Positions 1-11,817 of a stretch of 32,949 nt of DNA are shown here, piece after piece. Every line of letters starts with the position of its first letter. Positions within the stretch are counted from its first letter, which is position 1. Source of the stretch: an uncultured bacterium. Its GTDB lineage: Bacteria > Planctomycetota > UBA1135. A program made the position numbers and the translations under genes. The notes under the pieces were generated by a model that worked only from the letters and a program-made list of their open reading frames with translations, was not told the origin of the DNA and made no database searches. Location: assembly GCA_964011335.1 (NCBI GenBank), contig CAXGOF010000003.1, forward strand, positions 1 to 32,949, read 5' to 3'.

Positions 1-96
1 GGTTAGCAGAACTAAGCAGCCAAAAACCTTAATCAATAGGCTTAGAGGAAGCACGTGGCCGATGTGCCCTTCTGAATCGTGTGAGGAATCTGACAT
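1..96 (-). CDS. Cytochrome c oxidase subunit IV (caa3-type), N-terminal part, truncated by window edge
   Basis: ATG at 96, 2 nt after the coxIII stop. Manual translation MSDSSHDSEGHIGHVLPLSLLIKVFGCLVLLT shows a His-rich N-terminus then a TM helix, typical of prokaryotic subunit IV, in the expected position. Confidence 0.75.
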   Translation of the reverse strand, partial: MSDSSHDSEGHIGHVLPLSLLIKVFGCLVLLT

Positions 97-98
97 GA

Positions 99-848
99 TT
101 AACTAATGAGATAGAGTAATGGGAAGAGGAAAATCCAGATGAGGTCAACCAAGTGCCAATACAAGGCGATGAAGTCAACCGCAGCAAAGTTTTTAGGGCC
201 GAATTCGCCACGTAAATTTCGTATCAACAGCCAAGTCAACAAAATCATGCCAATCAAAACGTGGATACCGTGTAGTCCCGTTAAACAAAAGTAAACGCCA
301 AAGAAGATGCCTAGTTTTTGGCGAAACTCCGGATCGAGGTCTTTTACTGCAGCAGAGAACTCGCCGTCTGGATTGGACCAAGCTGCACTATGAGCCGCAA
401 TTTCCGGATCGACTTTACTAGCATCTAGCTGAAAAATAGAATGCTCGTGTCCGCCCCACAAAGTCCCTTCGTGGAATTTATGGCTGTACTCTTCGGCTTT
501 AATAATCATGAATCCTGCCGCGCAAACCAAAGTGATAATCAAGTTGATTGTCAGCATCTTCACTTCGCCCAACATCGCATTGCGTACACCCCAAGCAATC
601 GTGAAGGAACTAAGCAGCAACACCAAAGTGTTTAGTGCACCAAGATTGGTGTCTAAGTATTGCGAAGCAAACTGAAACACCTCTGGGTAGTTGTCGCGGT
701 ACATCGTGTAAGCGACAAACAGCGCACTGAAAAACAACACTTCTGTTAAAAGAAATGTCCAGATACCAAGCTTGCCCGAATCAAACTGCTGCTCGGCAGT
801 TTCGAAGTGATGGGCGACTCCTTCTGGGTGATTATCGTGAGAGCCCAT
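99..848 (-). CDS. ctaE: Cytochrome c oxidase subunit III (short form)
   Basis: [31 protein letters not shown] and [17 protein letters not shown] motifs. Confidence 0.95.
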   Translation of the reverse strand: MGSHDNHPEGVAHHFETAEQQFDSGKLGIWTFLLTEVLFFSALFVAYTMYRDNYPEVFQFASQYLDTNLGALNTLVLLLSSFTIAWGVRNAMLGEVKMLTINLIITLVCAAGFMIIKAEEYSHKFHEGTLWGGHEHSIFQLDASKVDPEIAAHSAAWSNPDGEFSAAVKDLDPEFRQKLGIFFGVYFCLTGLHGIHVLIGMILLTWLLIRNLRGEFGPKNFAAVDFIALYWHLVDLIWIFLFPLLYLIS

Positions 849-2563
849 TATGCTTCCTCCGGCTCAATATAAGCGACGCATGGGTCATCTTCACGCGGGT
901 TGACTGGCAAGAAGCCTTCGACTTCACCACGATACTCAACTAACGACATGTCGTATGGGTCGCCTACCGTCGGCGGATCTATTTCGAAGTTATGCTCAGG
1001 TGGTGGCGATGGAGACTGCCACTCAAGAGTGACCCCGCCCCATGGGTTCGCCGGAGAGAGCGTACCCTTAACAAAGAATGACCTAAGAAGAGCAAAGAGT
1101 GCAAGGCTCAAGCCAGCTAGCAGCACCATTGCCCCCATCGTTGACAAGTAATTCCAGTCATCGAAGCCTTGTTCGGAGCCGTATGCTGCATAACGACGCG
1201 GCATCCCCTTTGAGCCACCCACGAATTGTGGCAAGAATGTCAGGTTGAAGCCCAAGAAGGACAGCAAGCACCCTACTTTTGCTAGAGGGCCGTCGACGAC
1301 CTTGCCATACATTTTCGGCCACCAGTAATAGATGCCGCCAATGAAGCCAAAGAGTGCAGAGCCAACCATCACATAGTGGAAGTGTGCGACTACGAAGTAC
1401 GTATCGTGGAAAACCACGTCAGTGCCAAGAGTGGCCAAGAACAGCCCCGTTAACCCGCCAATACCAAACAGCCAAATAATGGACATGCTGTATAGCATCG
1501 GGACTGAAAAGGATATCGAACCCTTGTACATGGTGGATATCCAGTTAAACACCTTAATCGCCGATGGCACCGCCACCGAGAAGGTGAGGGCCGAGAAGAT
1601 CACTGACATCACATCAGATTGGCCGGAGATAAACATATGGTGTCCCCAAACAATAAACGAGAAAATGGCAATCGCAATTGAAGACATCGCAATCGACTTA
1701 TAGCCGAAGATTGGCTTGCGGCTGAAAGTCGCAAAAAGCTCTGACATGATTCCCATTCCGGGTAGCACCATGATGTACACCGCTGGGTGGGAGTAGAACC
1801 AGAATAGGTGTTGGAAGAACACCGGGTCGCCACCGAGATCAGGCGTGAAAATACCAATCTGCATTGTCTTCTCAACAAGAATCAAAAGCAGCGAGATGCC
1901 GATAACCGGTGTAGCGAGAACCTGAATGACTGCTGTCGCATAAATCGCCCACACGAATAATGGCATCTTGAACCATGTCATTTGCGGTGGACGCATTTTG
2001 TGAATAGTCACAATGAAGTTCAGTCCGGTAAATATCGAGCTAAAGCCCAAAATGAAGGCGCCGAGTACCGCAGTAATGACGGATGGATCAGTATACCCCG
2101 TTGAATAAGGCGGGTAGAAAGTCCAGCCTGTATCGAGGTTGCCAATCAATAGCGTTGCCACAAATAACAATGCGCCGATAATCCATAAGTGGTAACTAAA
2201 GCGATTCAAGCGCGGGAATGCCACGTCTTTGGCGCCGAGCATCATTGGCAGCACAAAGTTGCCCAAGGCCGCCGGTATCGAAGGAATGATTACCAAGAAA
2301 ACCATCACCGCGCCGTGAACGGTAAATGCATTATTGTAAGCATTCATTTGTTCTGCGGTTTGCGTCGCATAGTCAACGGCGCCAGGCATGAGGTTAAGAC
2401 GAATCTTCATAGCGAAGAAGCCACCCATGATAAAGCAAGCAATTACCGACCAAAGATACATCAAGCCAAGTCGCTTGTGATCTATAGTCCAGAACCAGGA
2501 CATAAAGCCCTTAGTAGCATTCAGGTAATTAGTACGGTCTAATGTATTAGTAGTAGGAGCCAT
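848..2563 (-). CDS. ctaD: Cytochrome c oxidase subunit I, A2 type
   Basis: [28 protein letters not shown] (YS signature of A2), [23 protein letters not shown]. Confidence 0.98.
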   Translation of the reverse strand: MAPTTNTLDRTNYLNATKGFMSWFWTIDHKRLGLMYLWSVIACFIMGGFFAMKIRLNLMPGAVDYATQTAEQMNAYNNAFTVHGAVMVFLVIIPSIPAALGNFVLPMMLGAKDVAFPRLNRFSYHLWIIGALLFVATLLIGNLDTGWTFYPPYSTGYTDPSVITAVLGAFILGFSSIFTGLNFIVTIHKMRPPQMTWFKMPLFVWAIYATAVIQVLATPVIGISLLLILVEKTMQIGIFTPDLGGDPVFFQHLFWFYSHPAVYIMVLPGMGIMSELFATFSRKPIFGYKSIAMSSIAIAIFSFIVWGHHMFISGQSDVMSVIFSALTFSVAVPSAIKVFNWISTMYKGSISFSVPMLYSMSIIWLFGIGGLTGLFLATLGTDVVFHDTYFVVAHFHYVMVGSALFGFIGGIYYWWPKMYGKVVDGPLAKVGCLLSFLGFNLTFLPQFVGGSKGMPRRYAAYGSEQGFDDWNYLSTMGAMVLLAGLSLALFALLRSFFVKGTLSPANPWGGVTLEWQSPSPPPEHNFEIDPPTVGDPYDMSLVEYRGEVEGFLPVNPREDDPCVAYIEPEEA

Positions 2564-2570
2564 TTCTTTT

Positions 2571-3575
2571 CTACTCGGTTAGCGATTTCAGATAAGCAGT
2601 GATATTCGAGATCTCATCATCGTTGAGTTGACCGGCGAACGAAGTCATTGGAACATTTTCGTAGCCAATAACGATATCAGCACTAGGGTCGAGAATCGAC
2701 CTACGTATGTAATTGTCATCAACAATGACGGTGCCGCCAACGATGTTTTCGACAGTGCCGTACTTACCGTTAAGGGCTGGGCCAATCTTTTTAGAGCCAT
2801 CTACCGCGTGACAAGCTGTGCAGTTAGCGCTAAAAAGGCGCTTACCTTTATCAGCAGGCGAAGCATTTGGATCTTCTTGATTTTCTTTTAGCCACACGGC
2901 AAAATCGTCTTCGCTCACAACGCGAACCCTAGAAAGCATACGTGAGTGCCTGGTGCCGCAGTATTCGGTACAGAAAATTGGGAAGTCACCCATTTCAATT
3001 GCGTTAAACCACACATCGGTATAACGCCCAGGGACAACATCCATCTTGACGCGGAAGTTTGGGATAGAGAAGGAGTGCAAGACATCAGCAGACTCAAGAC
3101 GAATGCGTACGTTCTTACCTAATGGCACGACTAGACCCTTACCTTCGTATTCTCCGGCGTTAATATAGCCGAATGAACTCGCGCCATTCGAGTACTCGAA
3201 TTTCCATTGCCACTGAGAGGCCTTGGCATGAATTTCGTAAGAATCAGCCGGAGGAGTTCTACGCTCTGTGAAATCTTCGAAGCCGTACCAGAACATCACC
3301 ACCATAAAAATGGCGGGGACAACCGACCACACAATTTCGATACTGGTTGAGTGACTCGGAGAGTCCTCTGGAGTCATCCCCACTTTCGAGCGGCGGTAGC
3401 GCCAGGCGAAAATAGCGGTCGCCATAACAATCGTAATGAAAGCAAAAAGCGACACGTAGAAGATGAAGTAGAAGATGAAGTCAACCGTTGCAGCATTTGC
3501 GGATGCCTGCGAAGGGAAGAAAAAATCTTCCTTCTGGTGTTGGAGCATCATGCTTAAGAGGGTGTACATATTCAT
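2571..3575 (-). CDS. ctaC: Cytochrome c oxidase subunit II with fused C-terminal cytochrome c (caa3)
   Basis: Two TM helices, QWQW, CuA ligands DVLHS...[13 protein letters not shown]-terminal CTACH heme motif. Confidence 0.96.
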   Translation of the reverse strand: MNMYTLLSMMLQHQKEDFFFPSQASANAATVDFIFYFIFYVSLFAFITIVMATAIFAWRYRRSKVGMTPEDSPSHSTSIEIVWSVVPAIFMVVMFWYGFEDFTERRTPPADSYEIHAKASQWQWKFEYSNGASSFGYINAGEYEGKGLVVPLGKNVRIRLESADVLHSFSIPNFRVKMDVVPGRYTDVWFNAIEMGDFPIFCTEYCGTRHSRMLSRVRVVSEDDFAVWLKENQEDPNASPADKGKRLFSANCTACHAVDGSKKIGPALNGKYGTVENIVGGTVIVDDNYIRRSILDPSADIVIGYENVPMTSFAGQLNDDEISNITAYLKSLTE

Positions 3576-4438
3576 GCTACTGGTTTATTTGATTTACTCG
3601 GGCCTTGGGTGTACATGGGCTTATTTGATTCACTCGGCCCTTGGCGATGCATCCAAATCAAGAAAGTAATTAGGAGCACTCCGACAAATGTCATCACATA
3701 CTTTGTAATGATCCAAGCGTTAGCCACAAAAGTGCCGGACGCAGCGTCGTAAGAGAAACAGCGCAATATCAAAGCATCGACAGTTGACACGAATTTCGAG
3801 TCAGCTGTTTCCGCCATCGACAAGCGCAGTGTGCTCGGCTGGTATTCGATGCCATAAAGGTATCGTGCTACCTGAGCTTTAGGGTCGAGAAGAGTGAGGA
3901 CGGCAGTGTGCGCATACTCATTTTTATTTTCGACGAAGTTGTAGGTAAAGCCAACAGCTTTGGCGACTGCGCGAATGTCTGCTTCGCTGCCGCGCAAAAA
4001 ATGCCACCCGTCAGAGGCTGTTGGGGCGTCATACTTTGACAAAATCTTGGCGCGAAAGCCCTGCGCCATCTCTTCGGTTTCGCTTGGGTCAAGACTGATC
4101 GTTATAACCTGGAACTGCTTACCGACCTGCCAATCTTCTAACTGATTCAAGGTTCTCACGAATCCATCCAACTGTAAATTGCACAGCTGCGGGCAATTGG
4201 CATAGTTCAATGTAAGCACCACAGGGCGCTCGCCATCAAAGTATTGCGAAAGCGGCGCAGTGCTGCCTAGCGTGTCCGTAAATTGCAGATCGAGAGGGAT
4301 CGTTACACCGAGTTGTTCGCTTACGCCGACATCTCTGATATCACGCGTCTCAAAGCCTACCTGCGCAGGAGTTAGGCTCACCGCCATGGCGGTGACAAAA
4401 AATGCCATCACCCATTCACGCGATAAACTTAAATTCAA
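3572..4438 (-). CDS. SCO/SenC family copper chaperone
   Basis: YANCPQLC (CxxxC) and conserved His (YAHTA), N-terminal signal and C-terminal TM. Sits between act genes and coxII. Start codon uncertain (TTG). Confidence 0.9.
   Translation of the reverse strand: MNLSLSREWVMAFFVTAMAVSLTPAQVGFETRDIRDVGVSEQLGVTIPLDLQFTDTLGSTAPLSQYFDGERPVVLTLNYANCPQLCNLQLDGFVRTLNQLEDWQVGKQFQVITISLDPSETEEMAQGFRAKILSKYDAPTASDGWHFLRGSEADIRAVAKAVGFTYNFVENKNEYAHTAVLTLLDPKAQVARYLYGIEYQPSTLRLSMAETADSKFVSTVDALILRCFSYDAASGTFVANAWIITKYVMTFVGVLLITFLIWMHRQGPSESNKPMYTQGPSKSNKPVA
3582..3644. repeat. Imperfect 27-bp direct repeat with 36-bp period in the SCO 3' end
   Basis: ggtttatttgatttactcgggccttgg (3582-3608) vs ggcttatttgattcactcggcccttgg (3618-3644); encodes QGPSESNKP / QGPSKSNKP. 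Confidence 0.8.
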
Positions 4439-4439
4439 C

Positions 4440-4706
4440 TTATTTATTGTAAGAGTCTATGACTTCTTGCTTTGATTCAACAAGCTTATCCGTTACAACC
4501 GTAGCGGTTACACCATCTATTTGCTGCTGACGCAATTCGATGCGTTCGGCAACAATAGACTGGACATTACGTTCCCCCTCAAGGTCAAGCGCACGACGCT
4601 TGTAAAGCCCAGAAGAAAGGTAAGCCAGAGCAATAACGATAAACGTTGTTGCTAGGGTTGTGTTGATCAAGCTTATGTTCGGCAAATCGTCGTGTTGTAC
4701 AGCCAT
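4440..4706 (-). CDS. Small single-TM protein, possible ACIII accessory subunit (ActG-like)
   Basis: 88 aa, one hydrophobic helix, fills the gap between actF and SCO with 4- and 1-nt spacing. Function inferred from position only. Confidence 0.65.
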   Translation of the reverse strand: MAVQHDDLPNISLINTTLATTFIVIALAYLSSGLYKRRALDLEGERNVQSIVAERIELRQQQIDGVTATVVTDKLVESKQEVIDSYNK

Positions 4707-4710
4707 ACTA

Positions 4711-6021
4711 TTAGAGGTTTTTGTGTCCTAGGCACTTTGCAAGAAGAGGGTCATTAATCGGCAACAATGACTGCTTGCCAGCATTGCGAGCTATACCGAA
4801 AAGTAGCAGTCCGATGAAGCCTATTGCTAAGGAAATCTCCACCAACCCGAACGGATTATCGATGATCTCGCCACGGTGGTAGTTCGGCATAATCAGCCAG
4901 TAAAGGTCGAGATAACGCATAAACAAAATGTAAACAGCCATGCCGCAAAGAACATTAGTGCTGCGCTTAACGTGACGTGATAGCAAGGCCAAGAATGGGA
5001 AGAAGAACGCTCCAACCATTAGCAGATTGCTGTAGCCCTGCCACACGCCCATGGTACGGTTCATATAGAAGTGAGTCTCCTCAGGGATGTTGGCATACCA
5101 AATCAGCATGAACTGAGAAAAAGCAATATAGCCCCAGAAAAATGTAAAGGCGAACATCCATTTGCCCAAGTCATGATAATGCTCAGTGTTGATGACGTCG
5201 GTCATTTTGCCACGCGCCTGCAACCATTTCGACATGATGACTAGCCAGCAATTAGCTGCCAAGAATGAAGCTGCGAAAATATAAACTCCGAAAATAGTCG
5301 AGAACCAAGTTTCGTCGAGCGACATGATTAAGTCGAACGCCGCGAATGAAATCGTCAATGCAAAGACAAAAATCATTGGCGCTGCAACTTTCTTCATGCG
5401 CAGCACGTTATCTATAGAATCTCCCGCAGTATCTTGCGCAGCAGATTTACTCAAGAAAAACTTCGCCATCCATGCCCAAATCAGGAAGTAAGCAAGCAGG
5501 CGGAAGATGAATCCGCTACGGTTTAAGTAAGCGGCTTTTTTCTCAACAATGTGCACGTGCTCGGCGTGATCGAGCGTATCTGAAAGAGACTGCGCGCCGG
5601 CACCACCATGATCGCTGCCGTGCTCTGCTGAGTGCGAGCCACCACTATTTATGGAGTCCCACTGCCAGATATCCACCTCGTGATCAAAGAATGGCATCAG
5701 CATGGCCAGACCAAACAAACAGATCACAGGAAGCGCGCCCATTGTCAATTCAGCCAAACGGCGTAAAGAGATATTCCAGTGAGTATTCACAACGTGGCCC
5801 ACTATCGTGAAGAACATCGCGCCCAAACCAATGGTCAATGCGAAGCAGAATGCCACCAAATAGGCAAACCAAAAGTGTGTCTTGGCATCGGCATCACCGG
5901 TAAGACCCATGGCAGCGCCAGCGCCCAAACCAAGGACAGCAAGCACTAAGCCAATACGTTTCATGCGTGGCGCTAAATCGCCAGCCTGATAGTCGCCCGT
6001 TAATCTAAGATTAGAAGTCAT
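4711..6021 (-). CDS. actF: Alternative complex III subunit ActF
   Basis: Polytopic membrane protein with DLIMSLDETWFSTIFG, HDLGKWMFAF and YIAFSQFMLIWYANIPEET motifs. Confidence 0.93.
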   Translation of the reverse strand: MTSNLRLTGDYQAGDLAPRMKRIGLVLAVLGLGAGAAMGLTGDADAKTHFWFAYLVAFCFALTIGLGAMFFTIVGHVVNTHWNISLRRLAELTMGALPVICLFGLAMLMPFFDHEVDIWQWDSINSGGSHSAEHGSDHGGAGAQSLSDTLDHAEHVHIVEKKAAYLNRSGFIFRLLAYFLIWAWMAKFFLSKSAAQDTAGDSIDNVLRMKKVAAPMIFVFALTISFAAFDLIMSLDETWFSTIFGVYIFAASFLAANCWLVIMSKWLQARGKMTDVINTEHYHDLGKWMFAFTFFWGYIAFSQFMLIWYANIPEETHFYMNRTMGVWQGYSNLLMVGAFFFPFLALLSRHVKRSTNVLCGMAVYILFMRYLDLYWLIMPNYHRGEIIDNPFGLVEISLAIGFIGLLLFGIARNAGKQSLLPINDPLLAKCLGHKNL

Positions 6022-6029
6022 CGTTATTA

Positions 6030-7466
6030 TTATTTCTGCGACTTAATGTAGTTCAGAAGATCCGTTAAATCTTCGTCGGTAAGTTTAACCTCGATCATCG
6101 CCTTAGGGTACCCCTTGCGCGCCTGGGCCATCGGATTAACAATCGAATCAAGGATGTACTTTTCATCAATCACCAAAGTAGTGTCATCGTCGAGAGTAAT
6201 CTCTTGACCGATGAGCCCGTTAAGTGGCGGCCCAATAACTCGAGCGCCATTCATCGTGTGACAAGTAGAGCAACTTTGACTATCAAACAATAACTCGCCA
6301 CGTTGCTCCGACGTCATTCCGGTGGTATCTACGGAGTCGCCTTTTTGCGCCATCTGCAAGGCACGCACGTAAGCAATAATCGCCCACCGATCTCTCTTAA
6401 GGATTTGCTCGCCGTATCCAGGCATGGTACGAATGCCATCTGTGATTGTTGAGTAAATCTCTTCATCACTTTGATCAGCGTAAAGCCCTAGAATCAAGTT
6501 CGAAGGTGGAACCCAGGAAGCGTGCCCCGCGTTCGCTAATTCCGTAGCGCGACGATGGACCGTGCCATCACCTTTGCCGTCGAATCCGTGGCAAACAGAG
6601 CAGTATATGTTGTAACGCTCTTCACCGCGATCGATGAATGCCGCATTTACGACATTGTTGGAGTGATCATCAAGGTCACCCTGAGCAACCGTGCCTTCAA
6701 CTTGGGCGCGACTCATGCGACCATCAGCGAACAAGGGCGTTTGGCCTTGCGCACGAAACTTATCTTGCTTGTCCATATCTGGGACAAGATGAACTCGCGG
6801 CTCAGTCGTTGTTTTGCCGTAAGAGTTGTACACCATAGACAAAGGGACCGTGGCCAAACAAGCCATAACCACCAACTTACCCTTTAGGTTTCCTGGCAAT
6901 CCGGCCGACTCGGAAGAATGGTAGACGTCTTCTGTGTCGCTAGCGCCAAGCGACTTCAAGAAGTCGTGAGCTTTCGAAGGATTAAACAAATCGTCAGCAG
7001 CTTCTATTGCGACAAAGAATTTGTCATCCGTCACGCGCGCAAAACGCTTGTTACGGAATAGAGGGTGGTACCATAAAGGCAACCCGTTAGCAATCCACAT
7101 GCCGAAAAAAGCCGTGAACGCGGAGAACAAAACCGTCATCTCAAAGATGATGGGAACGTTCGCCGGCAGCGACCATCGTGGCTTGCCAGAGATGTCGTAT
7201 GGGTAATCAACCGCGTTCATCCACCATTGCATAAGCACAGCAAGAGTACACCCAGTTAAGCCCATAGCTAAGACTACCCAAGGCAGCTTAGTGAATTTGA
7301 CTCCCATCGAATCGTCTAAGCCGTGCACCGGGAAAGGTGTATGGCAATCCCATTTTGTGTAACCAGCCTCGCGCACCTTTTCGGCGGCGTTGCACAAAGT
7401 TGTAACATCGTCGAACTCGGCAACTACGCCGTAAAGTTCGCCATTATCATTTGAAGTTTCAGTCAT
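6030..7466 (-). CDS. ACIII ActD (DUF3341)-ActE fusion with an additional C-terminal cytochrome c domain
   Basis: N-terminal ActD motifs (DCHTPFPVHGLD, SGKP, FEMTVLF), ActE-like DMDKQDKFRAQ...CSVCH...MPGY...RWAIIAYVRALQ, then a second heme motif CSTCH. Confidence 0.9.
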   Translation of the reverse strand: MTETSNDNGELYGVVAEFDDVTTLCNAAEKVREAGYTKWDCHTPFPVHGLDDSMGVKFTKLPWVVLAMGLTGCTLAVLMQWWMNAVDYPYDISGKPRWSLPANVPIIFEMTVLFSAFTAFFGMWIANGLPLWYHPLFRNKRFARVTDDKFFVAIEAADDLFNPSKAHDFLKSLGASDTEDVYHSSESAGLPGNLKGKLVVMACLATVPLSMVYNSYGKTTTEPRVHLVPDMDKQDKFRAQGQTPLFADGRMSRAQVEGTVAQGDLDDHSNNVVNAAFIDRGEERYNIYCSVCHGFDGKGDGTVHRRATELANAGHASWVPPSNLILGLYADQSDEEIYSTITDGIRTMPGYGEQILKRDRWAIIAYVRALQMAQKGDSVDTTGMTSEQRGELLFDSQSCSTCHTMNGARVIGPPLNGLIGQEITLDDDTTLVIDEKYILDSIVNPMAQARKGYPKAMIEVKLTDEDLTDLLNYIKSQK

Positions 7467-7478
7467 TATGCTGTCATC

Positions 7479-8864
7479 TTAATGAGCGTCGTGATGAGGA
7501 TGAGCCTGCGGCAAAACATTCTTAACCTCTGAAATTGCGACCTGCGGCAAGAAGCGGCAGAACAACATGAACAAAGTAAAGAACAAGCCAAAGCTACCGA
7601 TCAGGGTGAGAACATCAACCCATGTCGGAGTGAAGTAATGCCAGCTTGACGGCAAGAAGTCACGGTTAAGCGAAGTCACAGTAATCACAAAGCGCTCGAA
7701 CCACATGCCGACGTTTACAAACAGCGACATAATGAACACTACGACCAAGTTGCGGCGAGCCTTCTTAAACCAGAAAATCTGCGGTGACAACACATTACAC
7801 GAAACCATGATCCAGTAAGCCCAAGCATAAGGCCCAAAGGCCCGGTTAATAAAAGTGAATCCTTCGTATTCGTTGCCTGAGTACCAAGCCATAAAGAATT
7901 CCATTGCGTAGGCATAGCCTACCATCATTCCTGTAGCCATGATCACCTTCGTCATGTTGTCGATATGGCGCAGGGTAATAAGCTCTTCTAAGCCGAAAAT
8001 CTTACGTGCAGGAATAGACAAAGTAAGCACCATCGCGAAGCCAGAGAAAATCGCACCCGCAACGAAGTAAGGTGGGAAAATAGTAGTGTGCCAACCAGCG
8101 AGCTGTGATGTCGCGAAGTCAAAAGACACCACCGAGTGCACAGAAAGTACAAGCGGCGTAGCAAGCGCGGCCAACAACAAGTAAGCGCGCTCGTAGCGGT
8201 GCCACTGACGGTTAGAGCCCGTCCACCCTAGGGAGAACAAACCATACCAGAAGCGTTTAGTTTTAGAGATTGCACGGTCGCGGACGGTAGCGAGGTCAGG
8301 GACCAAGCCCATGTACCAGAACAACAATGAAACGGAGAAGTATGTGGAAACCGCGAACACGTCCCACAACAAAGGTGAGCGAAAATTCGGCCACATCGCC
8401 ATTTGGTTAGGCAGCGGGAATACCCACCAGATAAACCAAATACGACCCACGTGAATCGCCGGAAACATACCCGCACAAACCACCGCGAAAATCGTCATCG
8501 CTTCGGAGAAACGATTGATGCCCGTTCGCCAGTCTTGGCGGAATAAGAACAGCACCGCTGAGATTAGAGTACCGGCGTGGCCAATACCAACCCAGAACAC
8601 GAAGTTAACAATCGGCCACCCCCATGCTACTGGCTGGTTATTACCCCAAATGCCAGTACCTGTGGTGACGAGGTAAACAATCATCGCGCCAAGGACGCCA
8701 AGCAAGGCCAGGGCCGTACCGAAAATAATGTACCAAACCCTAGGAGGCTTGGGCGCTTCGATGACCCCACACACGGTTTCCGTTATAGAATGAAAATCGT
8801 TGGTACCCTGGACCAGGTCCTCTGGAAAGATATCGAGATTATTAGCTGATGCTGAATTAGCCAT
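7479..8864 (-). CDS. actC: ACIII quinol-oxidising subunit ActC (NrfD/PsrC family)
   Basis: [65 protein letters not shown] at 8864 is preceded by SD GAGGAGG. Confidence 0.96.
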   Translation of the reverse strand: MANSASANNLDIFPEDLVQGTNDFHSITETVCGVIEAPKPPRVWYIIFGTALALLGVLGAMIVYLVTTGTGIWGNNQPVAWGWPIVNFVFWVGIGHAGTLISAVLFLFRQDWRTGINRFSEAMTIFAVVCAGMFPAIHVGRIWFIWWVFPLPNQMAMWPNFRSPLLWDVFAVSTYFSVSLLFWYMGLVPDLATVRDRAISKTKRFWYGLFSLGWTGSNRQWHRYERAYLLLAALATPLVLSVHSVVSFDFATSQLAGWHTTIFPPYFVAGAIFSGFAMVLTLSIPARKIFGLEELITLRHIDNMTKVIMATGMMVGYAYAMEFFMAWYSGNEYEGFTFINRAFGPYAWAYWIMVSCNVLSPQIFWFKKARRNLVVVFIMSLFVNVGMWFERFVITVTSLNRDFLPSSWHYFTPTWVDVLTLIGSFGLFFTLFMLFCRFLPQVAISEVKNVLPQAHPHHDAH

Positions 8865-11817
8865 GAGAGACCACCTCCTCACTTTGAGCTTCCACCAAAA
8901 GTGGGCTTGGGTTACGAACGCGCGCCAAATAGGACACGCGTGGCTTATTGTTTAGCTCCGCAAGCAACTTATAAGCGCGGTTGTTTGCCTGAGCCTTAGA
9001 TACTCGGCTACCTTCATCGTCGATGTCGCCAAACACAATAGCATTAGAAGGGCAAGCCTGCTCGCACGCCATTTTGATTTTGCCGTCTTCGATATGCAAA
9101 TCGCGATCTTCGTTGCGAGAGTCAATGCGGACGCGCTCGATGCGCTGCACGCACATGGAACATTTTTCCATTACACCGCGCGAACGAACAGTAACGTCTG
9201 GGTTGTTCACCATCTTCATTACTTCATTGCCAGCCAACTCAGTATCTTCATTGTAATTGAAGAAGTTGAAACGGCGCACTTTATAAGGGCAGTTGTTTGA
9301 ACAGTAACGCGTGCCGATGCAACGGTTATAAACCATATCATTTAGGCCTTCGCTGCTGTGCACTGTCGCAGCCACCGGACAAACAGACTCACATGGCGCC
9401 AATTCACAGTGCTGGCAACCAACGGGCTGGTTAATCGCAGTTGGGTTTTCTGCCGTACCCAAGAAGTAACGGTCCATGCGAATCCATGCCATTTCGCGAC
9501 CGCGCAGCACTTCGGTTTTACCAACAACAGCAATGTTGTTTTCGGACTGACAAGCAATGGTACATGTGCCACAACCCGTGCATGAGCTAAGATCGATGGC
9601 CATCCCCCAGCGATGAGCTGGTGTTTTTGATTCGCCGCGCTCGAGGAAAAGAGAGTCATCTTTATCCCAAAAATCTGGCGCTTTCTTTGCGAAATTGCGA
9701 TTAGCATTATATTGGTCAAGAGTACCTTCGCGCACCAATGATGGCAGACGGTCCTCCATGCCCTTGCGCCCAATCGCGTCAATCGCAAAATGGTCTTGCG
9801 TCGTCGCAAGAAGATGCATTGCCGAAGTGACTTCGACTTTAACTGCTGCGATATTCATCTCTTCAGAGCCACGCAACTTATAAGAATCGAAACCTACTGA
9901 ATTAACTTCGTCATCGTCAAGCCCAGCAACGTGCCCCGCCGACGTGCGCCCGTAACCCAAAGCAAGCGTGATGGCATTGTCAGCATGACCCGGCATTAGG
10001 TAAGCCGCAACATCAAGAGTGCCAGCCGCAGTGGTCAACTTAAGCATACTGCCATGCTTAATACCTTTCGCCTCGGCAGTTTTAAAGGAGATAAGCGCTG
10101 CGTTATCCCACGTTAGCTTGGTCATCGGGTCTGGAAGCTCTTGCAACCACCCCATGTTGGCGTGGCGCCCGTCGCCTAGTGCGAAGGAAGGCATAAAGCG
10201 CAGCTCGAAATCGTTGCTAAGGCTAGACAGCTTCGGCAAAGACTTTGGAGCACCCACTGCCATCGCACGCGAAGCGCTGCCCTCAATGTAACCAGCGTGC
10301 AAGTCATCGTTGCTGAAGCTTTGTGTAGCTTGAACAATCTCTCTAGACGATGCGTTTTCTCCAATCATCACGGACATCAATTCGATCTGCGAGGTGGTGT
10401 TAAAAATAGGGTTGATAAGCGGTTGGCCGATTGCGACTAAGCCATCAGGAGATGCACCATCACACCAGTGCTCGAAACTGTGTGACTGAGCAACGTGCCA
10501 GCTACACTTCTTCGATGTCTCGTCGCGATACAAGCTAACGTGTGTTGTCGTTGCAACATTAGCCAACGCGTCAGCAAACTTAAAGTTGGCCGGCATGTCA
10601 TAGACAGGATTACCACCGAACATCACGAGGTTAGAAATCTTGCCGGAATTCATAGCATCGATGAATTCGCTAGTCGCCTGCATGCTATCGGCTACCACAG
10701 CAGCTGGATAGTACTTAACATGATCGCCAGCGAATTTTGAGTTCATGGCCGCAACGTGAGCATGAACCTCTGCAGGCTGATGAGCGCCACATGTGAACAC
10801 TACTGAGCCAGAGAACTCTTTAACGTCTGCGACGATAGCAGCGATGAACTTGTCATCGGAATGCGCGCCAGCCAAAGCCTCGTTAAGAGAATGAACAAAA
10901 CCAGCGATATCAGACGAACGCACGGGCTTACGGTGATCAGCAAAACCACCAGTGATAGAGAAGTTGGACTCTGCAGAGTAGATGCGAGACATCCATTCGC
11001 CCTCTGGCTTACGGTGCGCGGAAACCTCTTTAGACAAGCGAACGGCCGAAGGCCCTTCGCTCAAAAAGTCGTCGTCGAGAGCAACGATGACTTTTGCGTT
11101 TGCCATAGAAACATACGGACGCGCAGAAACTCCAAACGCCAGATTACATCCAGCTACTTCGTTGTTATTCGCAACTGGCGAATAAGTCAACCAACGCGAC
11201 TTAGGGAAAGACGCTTGCATCGCTTTGCGCATACGCAACTCTGAAGGCGACGCTGTTGCCTCGGCGATAAAGCCGAGCCCCGCCCCGCCGCTTGCCTTAG
11301 CCGCAATAATCTTGGCGACAACCGCAGCCTTAAATTCTTCCATTGAGGAATCCGTTTCATTACCGTCTGTGTAACTTGCGACTTCGCGCGAACGGTCCGG
11401 ATCGTAAAGGCCCAGTGTCGCGGCTTGAGCAATAGCTGTTGTAGCGCCTAAAGAAGCAGAGTGATTAGGATTGCCCTCAACCTTTGTTGGGTGGCCATCG
11501 AATGACGTTAGCATCAAGCCTGTCGCGAAACCACCTTCGTTATAGATGGTAGCAAAACTCTTTGGCTTGCCTGGCACGTCACTCGCTTTACGGTTAGCCT
11601 GTGGCAACAAGTTTTCTTTTTCAAAACGGCAACTTGTGGCAGAAGCAAGAGCAACGGATGCGCCCATCAACTGCAAGAAACGACGGCGCGATGTTGTCGT
11701 AATACCCTCTTCGGCGCCCTCAGGAAACTCTTTGGACATCATCTCTTTGAACTCGGCCGTTTGCTCGAGATCGTTTAGACTGCGCCAGTAACGGGTGGTG
11801 GATTCGGATGGATTCAT
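8857..11817 (-). CDS. actB: ACIII subunit ActB (Tat lipoprotein, molybdopterin-oxidoreductase-like plus Fe-S domain)
   Basis: YWRSL...EFP...SRRRFLQ Tat-variant leader with lipobox-like Cys. C-terminal [50 protein letters not shown] 11817 overlaps the actA stop (ATGA). Confidence 0.96.
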   Translation of the reverse strand: MNPSESTTRYWRSLNDLEQTAEFKEMMSKEFPEGAEEGITTTSRRRFLQLMGASVALASATSCRFEKENLLPQANRKASDVPGKPKSFATIYNEGGFATGLMLTSFDGHPTKVEGNPNHSASLGATTAIAQAATLGLYDPDRSREVASYTDGNETDSSMEEFKAAVVAKIIAAKASGGAGLGFIAEATASPSELRMRKAMQASFPKSRWLTYSPVANNNEVAGCNLAFGVSARPYVSMANAKVIVALDDDFLSEGPSAVRLSKEVSAHRKPEGEWMSRIYSAESNFSITGGFADHRKPVRSSDIAGFVHSLNEALAGAHSDDKFIAAIVADVKEFSGSVVFTCGAHQPAEVHAHVAAMNSKFAGDHVKYYPAAVVADSMQATSEFIDAMNSGKISNLVMFGGNPVYDMPANFKFADALANVATTTHVSLYRDETSKKCSWHVAQSHSFEHWCDGASPDGLVAIGQPLINPIFNTTSQIELMSVMIGENASSREIVQATQSFSNDDLHAGYIEGSASRAMAVGAPKSLPKLSSLSNDFELRFMPSFALGDGRHANMGWLQELPDPMTKLTWDNAALISFKTAEAKGIKHGSMLKLTTAAGTLDVAAYLMPGHADNAITLALGYGRTSAGHVAGLDDDEVNSVGFDSYKLRGSEEMNIAAVKVEVTSAMHLLATTQDHFAIDAIGRKGMEDRLPSLVREGTLDQYNANRNFAKKAPDFWDKDDSLFLERGESKTPAHRWGMAIDLSSCTGCGTCTIACQSENNIAVVGKTEVLRGREMAWIRMDRYFLGTAENPTAINQPVGCQHCELAPCESVCPVAATVHSSEGLNDMVYNRCIGTRYCSNNCPYKVRRFNFFNYNEDTELAGNEVMKMVNNPDVTVRSRGVMEKCSMCVQRIERVRIDSRNEDRDLHIEDGKIKMACEQACPSNAIVFGDIDDEGSRVSKAQANNRAYKLLAELNNKPRVSYLARVRNPSPLLVEAQSEEVVSHG

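Noticed and set aside
8857-11817. ActB as an active molybdoenzyme
   Set aside because: In the ACIII context this domain is known to lack Mo cofactor; nothing here suggests otherwise.
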